Of a stretch of DNA of 64,000 bases, positions 27,895-36,781 are shown piece by piece (position 1 is the first letter of the stretch; every line of letters starts with the position of its first letter). The notes beneath the pieces were generated by a model. The model made no database searches and had not been told where the DNA came from. It saw only the letters and a program-made list of their open reading frames with translations. Source of the DNA: Clostridia bacterium (lineage in GTDB: Bacteria; Bacillota; Clostridia; Oscillospirales; CAG-272); contig JAFVXI010000013.1 in assembly GCA_017501245.1 (NCBI GenBank), forward strand, positions 145,889-209,888, read 5' to 3'. Position numbers and translations under genes: made by a program.

Positions 27895-29837
27895 TGCAAA
27901 CAATGGCTTACACAATAGCACAAAAAATCATAAAAGAGCATCTCATCTCGGGCGATATGACCGTCGGGTCGGAGATAGCTCTGCGTATAGATCAGACACT
28001 CACGCAGGATGCGACGGGAACGATGGCATACCTCCAGTTTGAGGCTATGGAGATCCCGAGAGTAAGGACCGAGCTGTCGGTCGCTTATATAGATCACAAC
28101 ACTCTGCAGGCCGGCTTTGAAAACGCAGACGACCATAGATACATACAGACCGTGGCAAAGCGCCACGGCATCCGCTTCTCCCGTCCGGGAAACGGCATCT
28201 GCCACCAGGTGCATCTCGAGAGATTTGCTAGGCCGGGCGGCACGCTGATCGGCTCGGACAGCCACACCCCCACGGCAGGCGGCATCGGAATGCTTGCCTT
28301 CGGAGCAGGCGGACTTGACGTAGCGGTAGCTATGGGCGGCGGTGCTTATTACATCAGCATGCCGAGAATGATAAGAGTTGAGCTGAAGGGTGCGCTGCGC
28401 CCCTACGTTGCCGCAAAGGACGTTATCCTCGAGGTTCTCAGAAGAATAGGCGTCAAGGGTGGCGTCGGCGCTATCGTAGAATACGGCGGCGAGGGCGTTG
28501 CCACGCTGAGCGTGCCCGAGAGAGCCACGATAACCAACATGGGCGCCGAGCTTGGCGCAACCACCTCGATATTCCCATCCGACGCCACGACCGAGGCATT
28601 CCTCAGAGCGGAGGGCAGAGCCGAGGTCTACAAGCCTTTGTCGGCGGACGAGGACGCAGTCTACGACGAATATATCGAAATCGATCTCTCCACCCTCTCG
28701 CCCCTTGCAGCATGCCCTCACAGCCCCGACAACGTCAAGCCCGTCGGAGAGCTTGCGGGTATGAAGATAGATCAGGTCTGCATCGGCTCCTGCACGAATT
28801 CCTCGCTCAGGGATATGCTGACCGTCGCCGCTATGCTTAAGGGCAAGACCGTACACCCCGACGTTTCCCTTTCCATCTCGCCCGGCTCAAAGCAGGTGCT
28901 GAATATGCTTGCCGAGTGCGGTGCGCTTGCGGATATCATTGCGGCGGGTGCGAGAGTTCTCGAATGTGCGTGCGGCCCCTGCATAGGTATGGGCTTCTCG
29001 CCTAAGTCAGGAGGTATAAGCCTCAGGACCTTCAACCGTAATTTCCTTGCCCGCTCGGGCACGAAGGACGCACAGGTCTACCTCGTATCACCCGAGGTTG
29101 CGGCGGCATCGGCTATCGCCGGCGTGCTCGTTGACCCGACCACGATCTCCGAGCCCGTCCGCATCACAATGCCCGAGGCGTTCAGGATCTCGGACAATAT
29201 GATAGATATGCCCGCATCCCCCGAGGAGAGCGAGAGCGTTACGGTCGAGAAGGGACCCAATATCAAGTCTATCCCCAAGGGAGCGGCACCTGCGGAGGAT
29301 CTCTCGGCAGAGCTCATCCTCAAGGTTGGCGACAATATCACGACCGACCACATCATGCCCGCAGGCGCAAAGATCCTTCCCTATCGCTCGAACGTCCCGA
29401 AGCTGTCGGAATTCTGCTTCACCGTTTGCGACCCCGACTTCCCCGAGAGGGCGAGGGCGAAGGGAGGCGGTGTCATCCTCGGCGGCTCCAACTACGGCCA
29501 GGGCTCGTCAAGAGAGCACGCGGCGCTCGTTCCGCAGTATCTCGGCATCAGGGCGGTTATCGCAAAGAGCTTCGCCCGCATACACGTTGCAAACCTTATC
29601 AACTTCGGTATAGTGCCGATGACGCTCGTCAACGAGGCGGATTACGATAGCCTAAACGAGGGCGATGAAATCTACGTCGAGGGCTTCAAGGAGGCAATCC
29701 GCTCCGGCGATAAGGCTTATCTTGTCGATAAGACGAACGGCACGAGAGCCGAGCTTGCCCTCAGCTTCACCGAGCGCCAGCGCAAGATACTTCTGGCGGG
29801 CGGAACGCTCAACTACACAAAAGAGCAGGACAACTAA
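27894..29837 (+). CDS. aconitate hydratase (about 645 aa clostridial type)
   Basis: Fe-S ligand regions GSDSHT, IGSCTNS and CGPCIGMG. The ATG overlaps the GntR stop codon (TAATG), suggesting translational coupling. An alternative start is at 27903. Confidence 0.85.
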   Translation: MQTMAYTIAQKIIKEHLISGDMTVGSEIALRIDQTLTQDATGTMAYLQFEAMEIPRVRTELSVAYIDHNTLQAGFENADDHRYIQTVAKRHGIRFSRPGNGICHQVHLERFARPGGTLIGSDSHTPTAGGIGMLAFGAGGLDVAVAMGGGAYYISMPRMIRVELKGALRPYVAAKDVILEVLRRIGVKGGVGAIVEYGGEGVATLSVPERATITNMGAELGATTSIFPSDATTEAFLRAEGRAEVYKPLSADEDAVYDEYIEIDLSTLSPLAACPHSPDNVKPVGELAGMKIDQVCIGSCTNSSLRDMLTVAAMLKGKTVHPDVSLSISPGSKQVLNMLAECGALADIIAAGARVLECACGPCIGMGFSPKSGGISLRTFNRNFLARSGTKDAQVYLVSPEVAAASAIAGVLVDPTTISEPVRITMPEAFRISDNMIDMPASPEESESVTVEKGPNIKSIPKGAAPAEDLSAELILKVGDNITTDHIMPAGAKILPYRSNVPKLSEFCFTVCDPDFPERARAKGGGVILGGSNYGQGSSREHAALVPQYLGIRAVIAKSFARIHVANLINFGIVPMTLVNEADYDSLNEGDEIYVEGFKEAIRSGDKAYLVDKTNGTRAELALSFTERQRKILLAGGTLNYTKEQDN

Positions 29838-29895
29838 AAGCGCCGACGGAGCGCTGATCCAAACCGTAAATTTTTATTAATTAAGGAAAAGAAAA

Positions 29896-31062
29896 ATGAA
29901 CGCAAAGCAAATTGATACAGCTCTTGAAAAATTCAAGAGGATCCTCGAGGAGCAGCTCGCCCGCGTTGAGGATATGAAGTCGCAGGGTGATTTTACCGAC
30001 TACGGCGCACTTGATAAGCTTCGCATAGGTGTTTGCCCCGGCGACGGCATTGGCCCCACCATCACCAAAGCGGCAAAAACCGTGCTTGAATATATCCTCA
30101 AGGACAAAATAGACGAGGGGCGTGTCGAGTTTATCGACATTGAGGGCCTCACTCTTGAAAACAGGATAGCACACGGAAAGGCCATACCCGACGACGTCCT
30201 CGCAGAGCTTAAGAGCTGCCACGTAATCTTAAAAGGACCGACCACCACGCCGCAGAAAGGCTCCGGGCTCCCCAACATCGAGTCGGCAAACGTCGCTATG
30301 AGGCGAGAGCTTGACCTTTTTGCAAACATACGCCCCGTCAGAGTTCCCGAGCAGGGGATAGACTGGTGCATTTTCAGAGAGAACACCGAGGGCGCATACG
30401 CCGTAGGCTCCAAGGGCTTTGACTTCACCGAGGATATCGCCGTTGACTTTACCATCACTACGAAGCAGGGCTCGACGAGGATTGCCGAGATCGCCTACGA
30501 CTACGCTAGAAAGAACGGCAAGACCCGTGTTTCGCTCGTAACCAAGGCAAACGTCATCAAGACCACCGACGGCAACTTCCTCGAGGACTGCCACAAAGTG
30601 GCAGAGAGATACCCCGAGATAACCACCGACGAATGGTACGCAGACATAATGACGGCAAAGCTGGTTGACGAAAAGCGCCGCCGCGACTTCCAGATCCTGC
30701 TTCTGCCCAACCTCTACGGTGACATCATCTCCGACGAGGCGGCTGAATTCCAGGGCGGAGTCGGCACCGCAGGCTGCGCAAACATCGGCAAGAAATACGC
30801 TATGTTCGAGGCCATCCACGGCTCGGCGCCGAGAATGGTAAACGAGGGCAGAGCAAAGTACGCAGATCCCTGCTCGATGCTCCGCGCCGCAGTTATGCTC
30901 CTCTCGCACATAGGCTATCAGGACCGTGCGGATAAGCTCGCAAGAGCGCTCGATATATGCACACTCGAAGAAAAGAAGCTCGTTATCACCGGTAGAGATA
31001 CGGGCGCAACGAGCGAGGAGTTTGCAGCGTACTGCCTTGACACGCTTGGCAAGTTGGGCTAA
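29896..31062 (+). CDS. icd: isocitrate dehydrogenase (isocitrate/isopropylmalate dehydrogenase family)
   Basis: Motifs RENTEG, NLYGDIISDEAA and HGSAP. 388 aa. Confidence 0.8.
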   Translation: MNAKQIDTALEKFKRILEEQLARVEDMKSQGDFTDYGALDKLRIGVCPGDGIGPTITKAAKTVLEYILKDKIDEGRVEFIDIEGLTLENRIAHGKAIPDDVLAELKSCHVILKGPTTTPQKGSGLPNIESANVAMRRELDLFANIRPVRVPEQGIDWCIFRENTEGAYAVGSKGFDFTEDIAVDFTITTKQGSTRIAEIAYDYARKNGKTRVSLVTKANVIKTTDGNFLEDCHKVAERYPEITTDEWYADIMTAKLVDEKRRRDFQILLLPNLYGDIISDEAAEFQGGVGTAGCANIGKKYAMFEAIHGSAPRMVNEGRAKYADPCSMLRAAVMLLSHIGYQDRADKLARALDICTLEEKKLVITGRDTGATSEEFAAYCLDTLGKLG

Positions 31063-31107
31063 ACCATCAAGCATAAACCCATATTTTGCAAATAATTATT
31101 TATATTT

Positions 31108-31155
31108 AAGAGCCGAAAGAGTGCGTATCATCGTCCTCTTCGGCTCTTCGGTTTG
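31108..31155 (+). terminator. stem-loop terminator after icd
   Basis: AAGAGCCGAA ... TTCGGCTCTT stem. The T-tract is weak. Confidence 0.45.
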
Positions 31156-31299
31156 TCTTACCCCAATCACATATCATTCGCTCTCAATCAGCCGTAAATG
31201 ATGCCGGATCATCTAAGTCTCACCACCCCTCCCTCTCCCGTGGCGTAGCAGGATTCGAGCTTTTTCCTCTTTATGCCACAAAAAGCAAGATCTAAGTCA

Positions 31300-31328
31300 T
31301 TGACATATTGCGAACTATATGTTAAAAT
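31300..31328 (+). promoter_or_regulatory. sigma-A type promoter
   Basis: TTGACA, 17-nt spacer, TAAAAT. Confidence 0.55.
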
Positions 31329-31372
31329 AACCGAGCGATTAATATTTATCAAATCTTAAGGAGATAGTTAGT

Positions 31373-32437
31373 ATGCTGCTCGAAACAAGCATTCCTAAGC
31401 TTGGAGAATTCCTGCTCTTCAATGCCTTCCCCATTCCTACCGAGATCTTTTTAATGATATTCGGCTTCATCCTGCTCATCAAGGGCGGTGACTGGTTCGT
31501 TGACGCCTCCGTTGGCATAGCAAAGAAGTTCGGCCTCCCCGAATTGCTCATCGGTGCTACCGTCGTTGCTATCGGTACGACCCTCCCCGAGGTCCTCACC
31601 TCAGTGTTTGCCGCAGTTGGCGGCTCGGGCGGCATCGCATACGGAAACGCCATCGGCTCCATCATCTGCAACACCTCGCTTATCGCCGCACTCACCATCG
31701 CCATCAAGCCCGGTAAGGTCGATAAGTCCACCCTCATTTTCCCGGTTTCGGCATTCTTTACCGTCGCAGTATTCTATGCGCTCAACGCATACATAGGTCA
31801 AGGCTTCGAGAGATGGGCGGGCATCCTCCTTCTCCTCTGCTTCGTAGCTTATATGGTCATCAACGTCCTCAATATGAAGAAGGGCAACGGGGCTGAGGAA
31901 AAGCTTGAGATCCCCGAGGAGCTTCCCGCCGAGGAGGAGCCCAAGGAAAAGTCTAACTTCGTTATGGACGTCGTTATGCTCATCGTAGGCGCGGCAACCA
32001 TCGCCATCGGCGCGAGCCTCCTTGCGACCAACGCAGAGTCGGTGGCTATCAACTACCTTAATATGGATCCCGTCGTAGTCGGCGTCACCATCGTTGCGCT
32101 CGGTACGTCCCTGCCCGAGCTGGTTACAGCCATCACCTCTCTTATGAAGGGTCACGGCTCGCTCTCACTCGGAAACATCATCGGCGCAAACATCTTCAAC
32201 CTCGTGCTCGTTTCGGGTACGGCGATCACTATCGCTCCATTCGACCTGCCCTCCGGCCTTACGATCGGCGGCATCCCCGCATCGCTCATCATCGACATCC
32301 CTCTCGTGTTCATCGTTATGGGCATCATGACTATCCCCACCATCATGAAGGGCAAGCTCTCAAGATGGCAGGGTATCTCTCTTCTCTGCATCTATGCGGC
32401 GTTCATCGCCTCCCAGGCTATTCTGGGCTTTATGTAA
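31373..32437 (+). CDS. calcium/sodium antiporter (CaCA / YrbG family)
   Basis: Two alpha-repeat motifs (GATVVAIGTTLPEV and GVTIVALGTSLPELV). About 10 TM segments. Confidence 0.85.
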   Translation: MLLETSIPKLGEFLLFNAFPIPTEIFLMIFGFILLIKGGDWFVDASVGIAKKFGLPELLIGATVVAIGTTLPEVLTSVFAAVGGSGGIAYGNAIGSIICNTSLIAALTIAIKPGKVDKSTLIFPVSAFFTVAVFYALNAYIGQGFERWAGILLLLCFVAYMVINVLNMKKGNGAEEKLEIPEELPAEEEPKEKSNFVMDVVMLIVGAATIAIGASLLATNAESVAINYLNMDPVVVGVTIVALGTSLPELVTAITSLMKGHGSLSLGNIIGANIFNLVLVSGTAITIAPFDLPSGLTIGGIPASLIIDIPLVFIVMGIMTIPTIMKGKLSRWQGISLLCIYAAFIASQAILGFM

Positions 32438-32475
32438 GACGAGGCGCGGTGCCGTTTAACCGAATATAAAAAGCG

Positions 32476-32513
32476 AAGCGGATCGGCCTCGGAAAGAGGC
32501 TGATCCGCTTTTC
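32476..32513. terminator. bidirectional terminator between the antiporter gene and pfkA
   Basis: 15-bp stem AAGCGGATCGGCCTC-GGAAA-GAGGCTGATCCGCTT, flanked by A-rich and T-rich tracts. Confidence 0.7.
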
Positions 32514-32557
32514 AGCTAAGCACCCGAGGGTCTCGGGAGGCTCATATACAATTCAAA

Positions 32558-33622
32558 TTAAAGGTTGATGGTCTTGGAGATGCCGTAAAGCCTTGCCATA
32601 GACTCTCTGCGGCGGCGCACGTCGCGCTCCATATTTGCGATCTCCTCAGCGCTGAACTCGTCGAGGTCGCCATCCTTGAGCTTGCACTTATACATTCTGT
32701 CGACCATAAGAGCGTATCTGATATCGCAGGGAACGATAACGCCGTTTCTGTCGCACATAACGATGTTGGACTTGCCCTTGAGGAGCTGCTCAACTGCGAT
32801 AACGCCCATCGTGGAAGCAAGCACTCTGTCGCGAAGGGTGGGGTTTCCGCCTCTTACAACGTGTGCAAGACGTGCAAACTTGGTCTCAACGCCGGTCCTC
32901 TCCTGGATCTTCTTGGTCAGCTCGGGGCCGTAATCCGAGCCAACGCCCTCGGAAACGAGAACGATGAAATTGCGCTTGCCGAGCTTCTTGCCGATCTCGA
33001 TCTGCTGGATAACGTACTCGTGATCAACGGGGAACTCGGGGATGCAAACGGCAGTCGCACCCGATGCGATGCCTGCGCTGAGCGCAATATCTCCCGCGCC
33101 TCTGCCCATGACCTCAACGACGTTGCATCTTGCGTGAGACTCGCAGGTGTCACGGAGCTTATCGACAAGCTCTACGACGGTGTTCATAGAGGTGTCGAAG
33201 CCTATGGAATTATCAGTAGATGAGATATCGTTGTCTATCGTGCCGGGGATGCCGATGCAGGGGATGCCGTGAGCGGTAAGGTCGGTGGCACCTCTGAAGG
33301 TTCCGTCTCCTCCGATGGCGATAATGCCGTCGATGCCGAACTTATGGCAGGTCTCAACAGCCTTAGCCATGCCCTCGGGAGTCTTGAACTCGGGGCATCT
33401 GTCGGAATAGAGCATCGTTCCGCCCTTGTTGATGATGTTTGAAACGTCACGGATCTCGAGCTTTTTGATGTCGCCGTCGATAAGACCCGAATAGCCTCTG
33501 TATATACCCATAACCTCAACGTCGAGTGCAAGAGCCGTACGAACGACAGCACGGATAGCCGCATTCATTCCGGGAGCGTCTCCTCCCGACGTCAAAATAC
33601 CGATCTTCTTAAACTTTTTCAT
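32558..33622 (-). CDS. pfkA: ATP-dependent 6-phosphofructokinase
   Basis: IGILTSGGDAPGMNAAIRAVVR and GIPGTIDND motifs. GAGGTG RBS before MKKFKK. Confidence 0.9.
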   Translation of the reverse strand: MKKFKKIGILTSGGDAPGMNAAIRAVVRTALALDVEVMGIYRGYSGLIDGDIKKLEIRDVSNIINKGGTMLYSDRCPEFKTPEGMAKAVETCHKFGIDGIIAIGGDGTFRGATDLTAHGIPCIGIPGTIDNDISSTDNSIGFDTSMNTVVELVDKLRDTCESHARCNVVEVMGRGAGDIALSAGIASGATAVCIPEFPVDHEYVIQQIEIGKKLGKRNFIVLVSEGVGSDYGPELTKKIQERTGVETKFARLAHVVRGGNPTLRDRVLASTMGVIAVEQLLKGKSNIVMCDRNGVIVPCDIRYALMVDRMYKCKLKDGDLDEFSAEEIANMERDVRRRRESMARLYGISKTINL

Positions 33623-33693
33623 AGTACACCTCGCCAAACCTCATTCGACCCCGACGGACGCAAAAGTCGCCCGCGCCGAAATCTATCTCAACT

Positions 33694-33722
33694 ATTATAC
33701 ACCATCCACCGACGAATTGCAA
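33694..33722 (-). promoter_or_regulatory. sigma-A type promoter of pfkA
   Basis: On the minus strand: TTGCAA, 17-nt spacer ending in TG, TATAAT. Confidence 0.5.
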
Positions 33723-33827
33723 CGAAAATCGAAGATTTTTTAGTACAAAATATCGAAAATTGCTATCTGTTTTTTCAAGACTTTGCATAAAATTTCCTCA
33801 CGCGTGAAAAATATCACGTGTAAATCA

Positions 33828-33856
33828 TTGACAAATTCTCCCTGATTTGATATAAT
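33828..33856 (+). promoter_or_regulatory. consensus sigma-A promoter of the MGS-like gene
   Basis: TTGACA, 17-nt spacer, TATAAT. Confidence 0.6.
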
Positions 33857-33940
33857 TTGCTCTAATAGATACTTTTCGGGGAGAAGCGGCCAGAGCGGCG
33901 GATCCCACCGTCTGACATTATCATTTGAGGGAGGTTTTTT

Positions 33941-34375
33941 ATGGACATAGCACTCATTGCTGAAGATAACAAAAAAGAGTTAATGGCTCAGTTCTGTATC
34001 GCATATGCAGGCATACTTAAAGAGCACCGTCTGTTTGCAACTCTGTCTACCGGCAGCTACGTCAGCGAGGCCTCCGGGCTTGAGATCGAGACCTTTCTGA
34101 CGGGAAGCATGGGAGGCATCGAGCAGATCGCATCGAAGCTCTCATACAATGAGATCGACCTCCTGTTCTATTTCAGGGGCACCGACGCATATAGAGAGGA
34201 ATCCGAGACCGAGCGCGGGCTGATCCGCCTTTGCGACGTTCACAACATTCCGCTCGCTACGAATATTGCAACTGCCGAGGCTCTCGTTATGGCTCTTGAG
34301 TCGGGCAGCCTTAACTGGCGCGAATATATCAATCCGCTCAGCAAGCACAACGCAAAGAAGAGAACGCAGTTCTAA
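33941..34375 (+). CDS. methylglyoxal synthase-like protein lacking canonical catalytic residues
   Basis: Collinear with MgsA (MDIALIAEDNKK ... GSMGGIEQI ... LIRLCDVHNIPLATNIATAE). However, the His of AHD, the Asp of GGDQ and the PHxxD motif are all replaced. Confidence 0.7.
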   Translation: MDIALIAEDNKKELMAQFCIAYAGILKEHRLFATLSTGSYVSEASGLEIETFLTGSMGGIEQIASKLSYNEIDLLFYFRGTDAYREESETERGLIRLCDVHNIPLATNIATAEALVMALESGSLNWREYINPLSKHNAKKRTQF

Positions 34376-34434
34376 TAACGACATCATACGGCTGTCACTC
34401 CTGACAGCCGTTTTGCTTCCGGGGAGGAAAAGAC

Positions 34435-34881
34435 GTGGCATATATCTACGAATGCAAAATTGAAGTCCATTCGGTCATAGACAATCTCGATCAGTCGGGG
34501 CTGCCAGAGGGCGAGCCCGAGGTCAGTGACGTCTGCTCCGACGGCTTTATCAAGGCTGAGGAGGGCGCTCTGACGCTATCCTACGTCGAGATCGGAGAGG
34601 GCACGAGAGTCAGCTGCGACCTCCTTATCGAGGGCGAGGCTGTGACGATAAAAAGACGGGGAGACGTCGTTTTTGACGTTACCCTTTCCGAAGGAAAGAC
34701 CGTCAGCACGGTCTATTCGGTTCCGCCCTATTCCTTTGATGCGACGGTGAGATGCCGCAGGATAAGGCAGGCTATGACAAACAGAGGCGGAAGTCTATCC
34801 CTACTATATTCTATGAACATCGGCGGCCAGGAGAAATCCGTCCGTATGACCATACTGGCAGTGCCGAGGGCAGAGGCTTGA
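34435..34881 (+). CDS. hypothetical protein, probably DUF1934 (YwiB-like beta-barrel)
   Basis: GTG start preceded by GGGGAGGAAA. The pattern VTIKRRGDV ... SLSLLYSM resembles DUF1934 proteins. Confidence 0.45.
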   Translation: MAYIYECKIEVHSVIDNLDQSGLPEGEPEVSDVCSDGFIKAEEGALTLSYVEIGEGTRVSCDLLIEGEAVTIKRRGDVVFDVTLSEGKTVSTVYSVPPYSFDATVRCRRIRQAMTNRGGSLSLLYSMNIGGQEKSVRMTILAVPRAEA

Positions 34882-34882
34882 T

Positions 34883-35911
34883 ATGCAGGAAAAGGAATTC
34901 AAGGAGCTACTAAAGTCCGGCAGGCTCGGCGGCGCCTTTCTCTTCACGGGTGAGGAGGATTATTTAAAGCGGCATTACCTCTCCTTGCTCAGACGTGCGA
35001 TCGTTACCGACGAGGCGTTTGCGCCCTTTAACCATTCGGTCTACGACGGGCAGGACGTGAGCTTAGCCTCCATCCTCGATGCGGTAAAGGCTCCGCCCGT
35101 CTTTGCCGACTACAAGCTGATAGAGTGGAGATTTCCAAGCTTCAACAAAATGAAGGAGAGCGACCTCTGTGCCCTTGAGGATATCCTCGTCGCTCTGCCC
35201 GACTACGACTACACCGCCCTTGCCATCATCGTGGCAGACGGCGAGATAGACCTCGGCACCGACAAGAAGCCGAGCAAGCTTCGCCGCAGGCTGGAAAAGG
35301 AGATCAATATCCTTAATTTCCCCGCCTCGACGGACTCTGCGCTGCTCTCCTGGATGAAGAGGCACTTCGACCACGACGGCATAGCCGTCAGCGCCGAGGC
35401 TCTTGGCGCCCTCCTCTTCCGCTCCGGTCACTCGATGGACGTGCTTAATAACGAAATAACGAAGCTCGTTTATTACCTAAAGGCAAACGCCAGAAGCAGC
35501 CTGACGGCAGAGGACGTAAGCTCGATATGCTCGTCTACCACAGAATGCGATTCCTTCGCTCTGACAAACGCCCTCTTAGAGAAGAACAAGCGGGCGGCGT
35601 ATCTCGCTCTCGAGGAGCTTAAGACCGAGAGGCTCGACCCACAGGTCATCCTCGGTATGATAGCCAAGACCTACTCCGAGCTTACGGCAATAACCCTCTT
35701 GAAGGACGAGGGTCAGGACCAGGCGTCAATGGAGAAGATCACGGGCATCCACCCCTACAAGGTCAAGTCGTATATCCGCTCGTCAAGGCTCTTCAAGCCC
35801 GGGGCTCCGAAGGCGATTTTAGAGGAGCTGTCCCGTGTTGACGTGGGCATGAAGTTTGGCGGAGTTATGGGCTACACAGCGATTGAAATGTTCATCGCAA
35901 AGTGCGTTTAA
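34883..35911 (+). CDS. holA: DNA polymerase III subunit delta
   Basis: N-terminus LKSGRLGGAFLFTGEEDYLK. About 340 aa, with a typical HolA layout. Confidence 0.8.
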   Translation: MQEKEFKELLKSGRLGGAFLFTGEEDYLKRHYLSLLRRAIVTDEAFAPFNHSVYDGQDVSLASILDAVKAPPVFADYKLIEWRFPSFNKMKESDLCALEDILVALPDYDYTALAIIVADGEIDLGTDKKPSKLRRRLEKEINILNFPASTDSALLSWMKRHFDHDGIAVSAEALGALLFRSGHSMDVLNNEITKLVYYLKANARSSLTAEDVSSICSSTTECDSFALTNALLEKNKRAAYLALEELKTERLDPQVILGMIAKTYSELTAITLLKDEGQDQASMEKITGIHPYKVKSYIRSSRLFKPGAPKAILEELSRVDVGMKFGGVMGYTAIEMFIAKCV

Positions 35912-35964
35912 GTAGGATTTTAATAACATTAGTTTACAATTACAGACACGAAAGGCTATAAATT

Positions 35965-36591
35965 ATGGACAAGAAAACAAAACTCATCGTCATCATCGTT
36001 GCGGCAGCTGTTGCGCTTTGCGCCCTCATCGGAGGCATCGTTGCGATAGTGCTTGCAAACATGCAGTATGACGTTTACGTCGTTGAGATCGACGTCAAGG
36101 ACTTCGGCTCCATCACGGCGAGACTCGACGCAAGAAGCGCCCCTATCACCGTCAAGAACTTCATCAAGCTCGCTGAGAGCGGCTTCTACGAGGGCGTAGG
36201 CTTCCACCGTGCGGCAAAGGGCTTCGTCATCCAGGGCGGCGACCCCACCGGAACGGGCGGCGGCGGAAGCGACGAGCAGATCTACGGCGAATTTTCAAAG
36301 AACGGCTACGACGGCAACGCCATCAAGCACGTAGCGGGCGTCATCTCAATGGCGAGATCAAACGATATGAACTCCGCATCCTCTCAGTTCTTCATCACTA
36401 TCGGAGATGCGAGAAACTCGCTTGACGGACTTTACGCAGGCTTCGGCTACATCGACGACGAGGATATGGAGATCGTAAACGATATTGCAGAGTATATGCT
36501 CGAGCACGTCACCGGCGAGGTGATCAAGAACCTCGATCTTCAGCCTAAGATCAACTCTGTAAAGGTCGTCGGAAAGTACAATATCGACTGA
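35965..36591 (+). CDS. membrane-anchored peptidylprolyl isomerase (cyclophilin type)
   Basis: N-terminal TM segment followed by FHRAAKGFVIQGGDPTGTGGGG and SMARSNDMNSASSQFFI. Confidence 0.9.
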   Translation: MDKKTKLIVIIVAAAVALCALIGGIVAIVLANMQYDVYVVEIDVKDFGSITARLDARSAPITVKNFIKLAESGFYEGVGFHRAAKGFVIQGGDPTGTGGGGSDEQIYGEFSKNGYDGNAIKHVAGVISMARSNDMNSASSQFFITIGDARNSLDGLYAGFGYIDDEDMEIVNDIAEYMLEHVTGEVIKNLDLQPKINSVKVVGKYNID

Positions 36592-36642
36592 TCGGCTTGA
36601 TATTTTTTTAACGTGATTTTGCACCTTGTATAATAAACATTT

Positions 36643-36690
36643 AAGGGAGAGCAGTATAATTTTACGGCTTTCCCTTTTCTTTTTCGTTTC
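36643..36690 (+). terminator. terminator after the cyclophilin gene
   Basis: AAGGGAGAGC ... GCTTTCCCTT stem (one mismatch) followed by TTCTTTTTC. Confidence 0.5.
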
Positions 36691-36714
36691 TTTGCCACAT
36701 TTACCGCAACGTCC

Positions 36715-36743
36715 TTGACAAGCACCTGCCCTTGTGTTAAAAT
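36715..36743 (+). promoter_or_regulatory. sigma-A type promoter
   Basis: TTGACA, 17-nt spacer, TAAAAT. Confidence 0.55.
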
Positions 36744-36781
36744 TATTAAAATTATTATTTTATAAATATGGAGGAATTAAC

